Of a stretch of DNA of 64,000 nucleotides, positions 21,098 through 30,180 are shown piece after piece. Made by a program: the position numbers and the translations under genes. Under the pieces are notes generated by a model. The model was given only the letters and a program-made list of their open reading frames with translations. It was not told the DNA's origin and did not search any database. The stretch's first letter is position 1, and every line of letters starts with the position of its first letter. Source of the DNA: Macrostomum hystrix (Eukaryota; Animalia; Platyhelminthes); the NCBI GenBank assembly GCA_950097015.1, contig CATNEN010000038.1, forward strand, positions 33,108,001 through 33,172,000, in the 5' to 3' direction.

Positions 21098-21976
21098 ATG
21101 GCCGAAAATACCTCACTGAGTGATTTCTTACAAGAACTCATTGACTGTAATGAAGTTCCAAATGAATTCACAGGAGTGAGTGTGGAAGTCCTGCCAGCAG
21201 GCAGCGAAACTGAGCCGCCAATAGGCGAGTGCAATGTGGTTGACACCACGCCACGCAACGAATTGGCCGCTCCGCTGCGGCAGGCCACGCGGCCGAAACC
21301 ACCTGCCTATAGGGGCACGGCTGTCAAGCGGATGAGAACCTCAAGCCCGCGGCTGGAACCAGAGAATCGGCCACGAGGATCGCCGCAAAGCCGAGTCTCT
21401 AGACTGCCAATATCTACAGCCGAGATTCGTAGGCCTACAGTGCTATTGCAGCAGCCACCTGCGCATAGACCATCACAACCGACAAAGGTGGTGCAACAAC
21501 CAAAGCCGCAATCAACAGTGTACAGACCACCGTCACGCCAGCCGCTGGCTCCACGGCCTCAGAAGTTATCCACACCGGAGGATAATTGGCCACCGCGGTC
21601 TGCAGCAGCACATAGCCGGGCCGATCGGCCGGCTGCGTCAAGGATTCCACCACCCAGAATCGGGACCCGCGAAGAGCGCGTGGCCAAAGCGCAGCACAAG
21701 TTGACGCAATATCTGCTAAAAATTGTGTTCCTGCGCCATGACCAAGCACTGCCGCAGAGGGCGCACATATGGCCTTCAATTCGCTCCCTACGCAGTGCGA
21801 CGGACACGGCCGGGGCCATTACGGCCATGGAGACGGTCGCCGACAGGATACGGCGAGCTCTAAATGCAGGCGACAGGCAGGCCTTCCGGACCCTACTGAA
21901 CATCGAGGTACGCTGGATCCTCATCCAGCTAGGCTGGATCCACTACAAGGAACCACCATCGCAGTTTGAGTTCTAG
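21098..21976 (+). CDS. ORF3 of array element: 292-aa unknown protein (acidic N-terminus, P/R/Q-rich middle, helical-looking C-terminus)
   Basis: Long GC-rich ORF between pol and PPT; ATG at MAENTSLSD; no TM segment or env motifs seen. Confidence 0.7.
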   Translation: MAENTSLSDFLQELIDCNEVPNEFTGVSVEVLPAGSETEPPIGECNVVDTTPRNELAAPLRQATRPKPPAYRGTAVKRMRTSSPRLEPENRPRGSPQSRVSRLPISTAEIRRPTVLLQQPPAHRPSQPTKVVQQPKPQSTVYRPPSRQPLAPRPQKLSTPEDNWPPRSAAAHSRADRPAASRIPPPRIGTREERVAKAQHKLTQYLLKIVFLRHDQALPQRAHIWPSIRSLRSATDTAGAITAMETVADRIRRALNAGDRQAFRTLLNIEVRWILIQLGWIHYKEPPSQFEF

Positions 21977-22228
21977 AGGGATTGACTAAGTGTTTTATCA
22001 ATTTTTATGGACATTTATTTTTCTGCAAAGTGTTAATCCTTAGCTAACATCTTTCTGAAACTTTTGCTACGTATTTTGCTTTCTTTGTGTATGTTTTATG
22101 AAACTTTGTGTATTTTACTTATCTTCACTATACTTGGTATCTACGAATGTTAACTCTTTATTTTGCTAACATCTTTTGCTAATAATACTTCACTTAATTA
22201 TTCAGTATTATTATTAAGAGGAGGCAGT

Positions 22229-22822
22229 TGTTGTGGGTCAAATTTAAATCCGCGCTAGAAAAATATACTGTATGTATACTGGTAATATTAGCCTTATTCG
22301 ATTTGTTTAAAATGTAAAAATATACTGAGCATATATCCAGCGTACGTGGAAAAATTACTATAAATACAGCCCAGTTTCAATTAGATAGCTAACCGTTTCG
22401 TGACCATTATTAAGAAACAGTTCAATTCTCCTCGTGAGCAATCTTAACAAAGCCTTACTTATTTCTAAAGTAAGTGGAAGCCGTTGAAACCGATCCGGGG
22501 AAGCCCGAGTACAGACTGGCCAGAGAGCCTGAATTACCTGACAAAACTTGTCTGAATCACCTGAGAGCATTGTCTCCAGATCTAACTAGATTTAATATCT
22601 AGAATATAACTGGCAGGAGGCCAGAAATATCGTGACAAAGAGCCACGCTACCCAAACTATCAGTAGTTTGCATAAGTCCACCCGAGCAGGGGTGTGGTAT
22701 AATGTATATGTCATTCTAAAATGATTGACAGGCAATAAGTCAGAAGTTTAGGCCAATTACTTACAGTATGAGGAGAGTTTGAATTACTAGAAAAGTGCAA
22801 TTATAAAAGAAGCACTACTACA
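22229..22822 (+). repeat. LTR 1 of array (594 bp, TGTTGT...ACTACA)
   Basis: Preceded by PPT AAGAGGAGGCAG (22216-22227) and followed by PBS. Confidence 0.9.
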
Positions 22823-22825
22823 ACT

Positions 22826-22843
22826 TGGTGGCAGCGGTGGGAT
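22826..22843 (+). promoter_or_regulatory. PBS complementary to tRNA-Leu 3' end (copies 28988-29005, 35150-35167)
   Basis: TGGTGGCAGCGGTGGGAT is the reverse complement of ATCCCACCGCTGCCACCA, the tRNA-Leu(AAG/TAG)-type 3' end. Confidence 0.85.
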
Positions 22844-22899
22844 CGGAAAAGCGGCGGAATCTTACTTAGAAATAAGCTATTCATAGTCAAATAGTCAAA

Positions 22900-24018
22900 A
22901 TGAATGCCAACGATGCAATCGCCATGCTAGCAGAAGAACTAAGAAACCGATTAGAGCTGGGACCGACGAGACATGTCAAAATTCAAAAATTTACGCCAAA
23001 TCAGGAAATCAGAATTTGGCTGACAGCCTTTGACCAGCGCTGCGAAGCTGAAGGAATAGAGGAGGCACACAGGAAGCGCGAGCTCCTAGCCAACCTCGAT
23101 CTCTCAACTGCGTTTGCCGCAGTGCAGCGTATGAACTTACCGGACGATCTAGATTACGAAGAATTTAAAGAAAGACTAGTGGAACGTTTCGGAAGAACAG
23201 GAAGCTCCGCCGAATTTAGGGAAGAATTTAGAAGCCGTAGTCAAGGACGCAACGAACCAGTGGAAAATTTCTCTGACGCTCTTATCGAACTAGCTACCAG
23301 AGCATTTCCGAATATGACCGCAGAACAGAGAGAAGAAGAAATAATAGAACAATTTATTAAAGGAGTGAAAGTACCGGCTGAAACCAGAGAGAAGCTTATT
23401 TTTGCTGCACCAGCAACTCTACAAGATGCAAGGAGAATGCTGAGACGCATGGAAACAGCGTGGAACATGTCCCACAAAGGTGTTAGTATGAAGATGGCCA
23501 AGAGTGATGAAGCTGAACAAAAGAGACAGAGCAGGATTGAAGAAATATTGCTGAGGCAACAAGAAGAACTAGAACAACAAAAGAGAACCATGCAAGAACT
23601 CATGGTCAGTGTCCAGATGGCTACTCAGAACCTGCAGCAGCAGCAGAACTATCAGCAGCAGCAGAACTATCCGCAGCAGCAGCAGCAGAACTATCAGCAG
23701 CAGAATTATCAGCAGCGGCAGAACTATCAGCAGCAGCAGAATTATCAGCAACGGCAGAACTATCAGCAGCAGCAGAACTATCAGCCGAAACAGCAGCAGA
23801 ACCATCAGCAACAGCAGAACTATCAGCGGCAGAACTATCAGCAGAGACAGCAGCCAAATACTCAAGCGCAACAGCAGCAGTCGCAGAACTATCAGCAGCA
23901 GCAACAGCAGCAGGATCGCCCGCCGCGAATCTGCTTCAATTGTGGCAATAACGGACATGTGGCCAAATTCTGCCGAAGTTCTGGACCGGCTAATTCCAAT
24001 CAGCAGCAGGGAAACTGA
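22900..24018 (+). CDS. Gag (372 aa) with QQQQNY repeats and CCHC knuckle
   Basis: Retrotransposon capsid-like motifs (RSQGRNEPVENF, EQFIKG); CFNCGNNGHVAKFC. Confidence 0.9.
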   Translation: MNANDAIAMLAEELRNRLELGPTRHVKIQKFTPNQEIRIWLTAFDQRCEAEGIEEAHRKRELLANLDLSTAFAAVQRMNLPDDLDYEEFKERLVERFGRTGSSAEFREEFRSRSQGRNEPVENFSDALIELATRAFPNMTAEQREEEIIEQFIKGVKVPAETREKLIFAAPATLQDARRMLRRMETAWNMSHKGVSMKMAKSDEAEQKRQSRIEEILLRQQEELEQQKRTMQELMVSVQMATQNLQQQQNYQQQQNYPQQQQQNYQQQNYQQRQNYQQQQNYQQRQNYQQQQNYQPKQQQNHQQQQNYQRQNYQQRQQPNTQAQQQQSQNYQQQQQQQDRPPRICFNCGNNGHVAKFCRSSGPANSNQQQGN

Positions 24019-24083
24019 AGAGCGAGGATCGAGCAGAGAGGCCCCGATCCTCAGGAACAAATAAGTGCAAATTAAAAGCCTCT
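24009..24083 (+). promoter_or_regulatory. -1 programmed ribosomal frameshift signal (GGGAAAC plus stem-loop or pseudoknot); repeated at +6162 and +12324
   Basis: Slippery heptamer 24009-24015 immediately before the gag stop; pol is in the -1 frame; 8-bp stem 24024-24031/24045-24052. Confidence 0.85.
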
Positions 24084-26906
24084 GAACCAGCAGTAGCAAC
24101 GTCCGCACCCAAGATCGAGTCAACTAATATAGAGATTAAAGGTCGGGAAGCAATATTACAAGGAGAAATTAGAGGAAAGTCGCTAAACTTTTTACTAGAC
24201 ACCGGTGCTGGACATAACTTTTTAAGTCGAAGCTCATGGAAGAACACGTTCCGCAAAGAAGAAATTTACAATTCAAATAGACGAGTAACAACTTTCGACG
24301 GTTCAGAAGTGGAGATTATTGGTGAAGTAACAACAGTATTAAACTTTGGCGATATCAGTATCAGTACACTATTCCTGCTGTGTGACCACGAGAGTGACGA
24401 TATCTTAGGAATGGAGTTTTTCTTGAAATATTGCAATAATATCAATTTTAGTCAAGGAATGGTGGTTTTAAAGAATGGAAGATGTCTGCCTATTCAATTT
24501 ACTAAACTGCCTGTGCGAATATGCAGAGTATACAGCCAGGAGAAAATAACCGTGCCGGCTAGCAGCGCTCTGAAGATCCCAGTGCGATTAGCAACTAACT
24601 ATGAAAGAAATTATGGAACGCCCATGACTGTAGAAGCAATCAACGATCAGATTCAATTAAAAGAAGGATCAGTAGGAGTAACTCCTACGTTAGTTACTAT
24701 GATCGATGGAACAGGAGTAGTGGAAGTTGTGAATAAACATAACTACGAAATCAATATACCGAAATCATCTTTAATTGGTTTAGCCAAGCCGCTGAAGTCA
24801 AAGAATTTGAATTATTATATTGAATGCGATAAAGAAACAGAACGAATCGGAAGCGTCAAAGAAGAATCAGATGAATGGATAAAGGAAATCCATTTAGGCA
24901 AAGAACTGTCCGACATCCAACAAGAACAGGTCAGACAATTAATCAAAGACAATCGGAAGGCTTTTTCGCAGAATAGTCGAGAAATGGGTCTAACCCATTT
25001 AATAACTCATGAAATCGTGTTACAGGACACTACGCCAGTCAGGATACCGACACGACGAATTCCGCCACACCTTCAAAAGCAGGTCGATGAGCAGTTAGAT
25101 GACATGTTGGCAAAGAACTTAATCCGACCTTGCTACAGTACCTATTCAACACCGTTGGTAATTGTGCCAAAGAAAGACGGGACGCTCCGGATAGTGAGTG
25201 ATTTTCGTGTACTGAATTCACGAGTACACTATTATCCCTATCCGTTGCCTAACATCCAAGAAACGTTTTCTCATCTGACGGGCAGTCAGTTCTTCAGCAG
25301 CCTTGACCTGAATTCGGGTTATTGGCAAGTGCCGATCAAGGAAGAACACAAACATATGACTGCGTTCTCCACGCTGACCCGAGGTCAATTTGAATACCAA
25401 GTGATGGCGCAAGGGCTGTCCAATGCCCCTGGCACCTTTCAAAGATTGATGAATACAGTGCTAGAAGGGATCCAGCATCGGTATGCCATGTCCTATATAG
25501 ATGACATCATCACCTATTCAAAAAGATTTGAAGAACATCTACAGCATTTAGCCGAAGTTTTCAAAAGAATCATTTCTGCCGGGCTTAAACTAAGGCCCAA
25601 GAAATGTTTTCTGTTTCAGCAAGAATTGCAGTATTTAGGTCATGTCATCGGAAAGTATGGAATTAGAACTGACCCTGCTAAGATCGAAGCAATTGCATCA
25701 TGGCCAACGCCGCGGGATGTGAAAGAACTGCGAAGCTTCTTAGGCCTGTGTAATTATTATTGTAGGTTCGTAAAAAATTATGCAGAGGCAGCGCATCCAC
25801 TTTTCCAACTGACAAAGAAGAACATTCAGAACTTTAAAGAGAAATGGAACAGTAGTCATGATGCGGCATTTCAGCTACTGAAGCAAAGAATGACTTCCAC
25901 TGAAGTGCTCGCTTATCCGGAAATCACTGATAATGAAAATGTGAGGATGGTGCTAGACACTGACGCCAGCGACGATAGAATCGGCGCTTGCCTGGGTCAG
26001 ATCCAGGCGGATGGCGTAGAAAGGCCCATCGCTTATTTTAGCCGCGCGATGAAGGAGTCGGAGAAACGTTATCCGATTACCAAAAAAGAGTTGCTCGCCT
26101 TGGTCGATGGGATGAAGCATTTTCGCTTCTACCTGATTGGCAAGAAATTCTTAGCCAGAACGGACCACAAAGCAATTCTATGGCTTTTGAGACAGACGGA
26201 GGCACAGGGCATCCTAGGCAGATGGATAGAGAGGCTTAGTGAGTTCCAATTCGATATTGAGCATCGAAGTGGAGCCAAGCACTCTAATGCTGATGGATTG
26301 TCCAGAAGGCCGTCAGAAGCAATCAAAACAGAAGAAGTAAATAGAATCTCAACCAGACAGTTGCCACGTGTCCAAGAGAAAGGATGCCAGACTGTAAGGA
26401 ATGAGAAGAGAAAAAGAAAGACCAGGTCAAAACGAAAGTCTGCATTAACAAGCCAGCGCTTGTTTCAAGACAAACAAGGACCAAAACTGTTATTATATCG
26501 AATTAATGTCACTGCTGTTCCGAATTCAATGAGAATTATTGAAGAAATTGTGAAGAAAAATGGCGCTCCTAAAGCAAAGGCCAAGCCCGCAGAGCAAGGC
26601 ATTAAGAGGAGGCAGCCAGAGCGCAAAAAGCCGCCAGACAAATCGCCGGACGTGTCAAATAGTGAGTTAAGCTCTGAAGAAAGAATTAGATGGTCTGCCC
26701 GTGGCAGGGAAAGTTTTGACCCGCACGAGGAAAATGAATCGCCAGAGAGCGATACCAGTGAAAGCTCGGAGGAAAATGAAGAAATCCCCGAGGACTTAGC
26801 AGCTCAATCTGCCTATAATCTCAGGCCACGCCTGACCCCACGCATCACGCAGACATGCGGTGATCTCGTGTCAAAGCTTAAGCGTGCTCGCTTTCAAAAA
26901 CAATAG
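24009..26906 (+). CDS. Pol (PR-RT-RNase H, no integrase), translated by frameshift from gag
   Basis: Frame open from 24009. FLLDTGA, LDLNSGYWQV, YIDD, DTDAS..ELLAL..TDHK..NADGLSR, then a ~200-aa basic/acidic tail with YNLRPR; no HHCC or DDE motifs. Confidence 0.92.
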   Translation, partial: GKLKSEDRAERPRSSGTNKCKLKASEPAVATSAPKIESTNIEIKGREAILQGEIRGKSLNFLLDTGAGHNFLSRSSWKNTFRKEEIYNSNRRVTTFDGSEVEIIGEVTTVLNFGDISISTLFLLCDHESDDILGMEFFLKYCNNINFSQGMVVLKNGRCLPIQFTKLPVRICRVYSQEKITVPASSALKIPVRLATNYERNYGTPMTVEAINDQIQLKEGSVGVTPTLVTMIDGTGVVEVVNKHNYEINIPKSSLIGLAKPLKSKNLNYYIECDKETERIGSVKEESDEWIKEIHLGKELSDIQQEQVRQLIKDNRKAFSQNSREMGLTHLITHEIVLQDTTPVRIPTRRIPPHLQKQVDEQLDDMLAKNLIRPCYSTYSTPLVIVPKKDGTLRIVSDFRVLNSRVHYYPYPLPNIQETFSHLTGSQFFSSLDLNSGYWQVPIKEEHKHMTAFSTLTRGQFEYQVMAQGLSNAPGTFQRLMNTVLEGIQHRYAMSYIDDIITYSKRFEEHLQHLAEVFKRIISAGLKLRPKKCFLFQQELQYLGHVIGKYGIRTDPAKIEAIASWPTPRDVKELRSFLGLCNYYCRFVKNYAEAAHPLFQLTKKNIQNFKEKWNSSHDAAFQLLKQRMTSTEVLAYPEITDNENVRMVLDTDASDDRIGACLGQIQADGVERPIAYFSRAMKESEKRYPITKKELLALVDGMKHFRFYLIGKKFLARTDHKAILWLLRQTEAQGILGRWIERLSEFQFDIEHRSGAKHSNADGLSRRPSEAIKTEEVNRISTRQLPRVQEKGCQTVRNEKRKRKTRSKRKSALTSQRLFQDKQGPKLLLYRINVTAVPNSMRIIEEIVKKNGAPKAKAKPAEQGIKRRQPERKKPPDKSPDVSNSELSSEERIRWSARGRESFDPHEENESPESDTSESSEENEEIPEDLAAQSAYNLRPRLTPRITQTCGDLVSKLKRARFQKQ

Positions 26907-27259
26907 GCGAACGCCCACCACCCCAGGCCAGTAAGCCAATGGGTGATGATATTGCTCACATATTCTCCGTGTATTATTGTGTAATCTGGCGATACCTATA
27001 TCGCTAATATATCCTGCGTGTATCAAATTTGTATTGTTGTGTAATTCCTACGATAAGACTGCGTCACGAAAATATTTTAAATACTCTCCGCATATTATTT
27101 GGTATATTTTGTATACACCTCGATATCCTCATTGTAAACAAAATCTCGGCATCCTATTGGTCAGGCACTCGCCCATTTTGTGACTATATAAAGGGCCACC
27201 TCGGAACAAGGGTTGCGCTAGCTAAGTGCTCTACTGAGACATACAGCCAACTCGCCATA

Positions 27260-28138
27260 ATGGCCGAAAATACCTCACTGAGTGATTTCTTACAAGAACT
27301 CATTGACTGTAATGAAGTTCCAAATGAATTCACAGGAGTGAGTGTGGAAGTCCTGCCAGCAGGCAGCGAAACTGAGCCGCCAATAGGCGAGTGCAATGTG
27401 GTTGACACCACGCCACGCAACGAATTGGCCGCTCCGCTGCGGCAGGCCACGCGGCCGAAACCACCTGCCTATAGGGGCACGGCTGTCAAGCGGATGAGAA
27501 CCTCAAGCCCGCGGCTGGAACCAGAGAATCGGCCACGAGGATCGCCGCAAAGCCGAGTCTCTAGACTGCCAATATCTACAGCCGAGATTCGTAGGCCTAC
27601 AGTGCTATTGCAGCAGCCACCTGCGCATAGACCATCACAACCGACAAAGGTGGTGCAACAACCAAAGCCGCAATCAACAGTGTACAGACCACCGTCACGC
27701 CAGCCGCTGGCTCCACGGCCTCAGAAGTTATCCACACCGGAGGATAATTGGCCACCGCGGTCTGCAGCAGCACATAGCCGGGCCGATCGGCCGGCTGCGT
27801 CAAGGATTCCACCACCCAGAATCGGGACCCGCGAAGAGCGCGTGGCCAAAGCGCAGCACAAGTTGACGCAATATCTGCTAAAAATTGTGTTCCTGCGCCA
27901 TGACCAAGCACTGCCGCAGAGGGCGCACATATGGCCTTCAATTCGCTCCCTACGCAGTGCGACGGACACGGCCGGGGCCATTACGGCCATGGAGACGGTC
28001 GCCGACAGGATACGGCGAGCTCTAAATGCAGGCGACAGGCAGGCCTTCCGGACCCTACTGAACATCGAGGTACGCTGGATCCTCATCCAGCTAGGCTGGA
28101 TCCACTACAAGGAACCACCATCGCAGTTTGAGTTCTAG
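27260..28138 (+). CDS. ORF3, unit 2
   Basis: Same translation as 21098-21976. Confidence 0.7.
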   Translation: MAENTSLSDFLQELIDCNEVPNEFTGVSVEVLPAGSETEPPIGECNVVDTTPRNELAAPLRQATRPKPPAYRGTAVKRMRTSSPRLEPENRPRGSPQSRVSRLPISTAEIRRPTVLLQQPPAHRPSQPTKVVQQPKPQSTVYRPPSRQPLAPRPQKLSTPEDNWPPRSAAAHSRADRPAASRIPPPRIGTREERVAKAQHKLTQYLLKIVFLRHDQALPQRAHIWPSIRSLRSATDTAGAITAMETVADRIRRALNAGDRQAFRTLLNIEVRWILIQLGWIHYKEPPSQFEF

Positions 28139-28390
28139 AGGGATTGACTAAGTGTTTTATCAATTTTTATGGACATTTATTTTTCTGCAAAGTGTTAATC
28201 CTTAGCTAACATCTTTCTGAAACTTTTGCTACGTATTTTGCTTTCTTTGTGTATGTTTTATGAAACTTTGTGTATTTTACTTATCTTCACTATACTTGGT
28301 ATCTACGAATGTTAACTCTTTATTTTGCTAACATCTTTTGCTAATAATACTTCACTTAATTATTCAGTATTATTATTAAGAGGAGGCAGT

Positions 28391-28984
28391 TGTTGTGGGT
28401 CAAATTTAAATCCGCGCTAGAAAAATATACTGTATGTATACTGGTAATATTAGCCTTATTCGATTTGTTTAAAATGTAAAAATATACTGAGCATATATCC
28501 AGCGTACGTGGAAAAATTACTATAAATACAGCCCAGTTTCAATTAGATAGCTAACCGTTTCGTGACCATTATTAAGAAACAGTTCAATTCTCCTCGTGAG
28601 CAATCTTAACAAAGCCTTACTTATTTCTAAAGTAAGTGGAAGCCGTTGAAACCGATCCGGGGAAGCCCGAGTACAGACTGGCCAGAGAGCCTGAATTACC
28701 TGACAAAACTTGTCTGAATCACCTGAGAGCATTGTCTCCAGATCTAACTAGATTTAATATCTAGAATATAACTGGCAGGAGGCCAGAAATATCGTGACAA
28801 AGAGCCACGCTACCCAAACTATCAGTAGTTTGCATAAGTCCACCCGAGCAGGGGTGTGGTATAATGTATATGTCATTCTAAAATGATTGACAGGCAATAA
28901 GTCAGAAGTTTAGGCCAATTACTTACAGTATGAGGAGAGTTTGAATTACTAGAAAAGTGCAATTATAAAAGAAGCACTACTACA
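28391..28984 (+). repeat. LTR 2 of array
   Basis: Copy at +6162, with PPT before and PBS after. Confidence 0.9.
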
Positions 28985-29061
28985 ACTTGGTGGCAGCGGT
29001 GGGATCGGAAAAGCGGCGGAATCTTACTTAGAAATAAGCTATTCATAGTCAAATAGTCAAA

Positions 29062-30180
29062 ATGAATGCCAACGATGCAATCGCCATGCTAGCAGAAGAA
29101 CTAAGAAACCGATTAGAGCTGGGACCGACGAGACATGTCAAAATTCAAAAATTTACGCCAAATCAGGAAATCAGAATTTGGCTGACAGCCTTTGACCAGC
29201 GCTGCGAAGCTGAAGGAATAGAGGAGGCACACAGGAAGCGCGAGCTCCTAGCCAACCTCGATCTCTCAACTGCGTTTGCCGCAGTGCAGCGTATGAACTT
29301 ACCGGACGATCTAGATTACGAAGAATTTAAAGAAAGACTAGTGGAACGTTTCGGAAGAACAGGAAGCTCCGCCGAATTTAGGGAAGAATTTAGAAGCCGT
29401 AGTCAAGGACGCAACGAACCAGTGGAAAATTTCTCTGACGCTCTTATCGAACTAGCTACCAGAGCATTTCCGAATATGACCGCAGAACAGAGAGAAGAAG
29501 AAATAATAGAACAATTTATTAAAGGAGTGAAAGTACCGGCTGAAACCAGAGAGAAGCTTATTTTTGCTGCACCAGCAACTCTACAAGATGCAAGGAGAAT
29601 GCTGAGACGCATGGAAACAGCGTGGAACATGTCCCACAAAGGTGTTAGTATGAAGATGGCCAAGAGTGATGAAGCTGAACAAAAGAGACAGAGCAGGATT
29701 GAAGAAATATTGCTGAGGCAACAAGAAGAACTAGAACAACAAAAGAGAACCATGCAAGAACTCATGGTCAGTGTCCAGATGGCTACTCAGAACCTGCAGC
29801 AGCAGCAGAACTATCAGCAGCAGCAGAACTATCCGCAGCAGCAGCAGCAGAACTATCAGCAGCAGAATTATCAGCAGCGGCAGAACTATCAGCAGCAGCA
29901 GAATTATCAGCAACGGCAGAACTATCAGCAGCAGCAGAACTATCAGCCGAAACAGCAGCAGAACCATCAGCAACAGCAGAACTATCAGCGGCAGAACTAT
30001 CAGCAGAGACAGCAGCCAAATACTCAAGCGCAACAGCAGCAGTCGCAGAACTATCAGCAGCAGCAACAGCAGCAGGATCGCCCGCCGCGAATCTGCTTCA
30101 ATTGTGGCAATAACGGACATGTGGCCAAATTCTGCCGAAGTTCTGGACCGGCTAATTCCAATCAGCAGCAGGGAAACTGA
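29062..30180 (+). CDS. Gag, unit 3
   Basis: Same translation as 22900-24018. Confidence 0.9.
   Translation: MNANDAIAMLAEELRNRLELGPTRHVKIQKFTPNQEIRIWLTAFDQRCEAEGIEEAHRKRELLANLDLSTAFAAVQRMNLPDDLDYEEFKERLVERFGRTGSSAEFREEFRSRSQGRNEPVENFSDALIELATRAFPNMTAEQREEEIIEQFIKGVKVPAETREKLIFAAPATLQDARRMLRRMETAWNMSHKGVSMKMAKSDEAEQKRQSRIEEILLRQQEELEQQKRTMQELMVSVQMATQNLQQQQNYQQQQNYPQQQQQNYQQQNYQQRQNYQQQQNYQQRQNYQQQQNYQPKQQQNHQQQQNYQRQNYQQRQQPNTQAQQQQSQNYQQQQQQQDRPPRICFNCGNNGHVAKFCRSSGPANSNQQQGN

Noticed and set aside
23569-24123. Antisense Leu-rich and Ser/Ala-rich ORFs over gag
   Set aside because: Shadow frames of the CAG-rich repeat.
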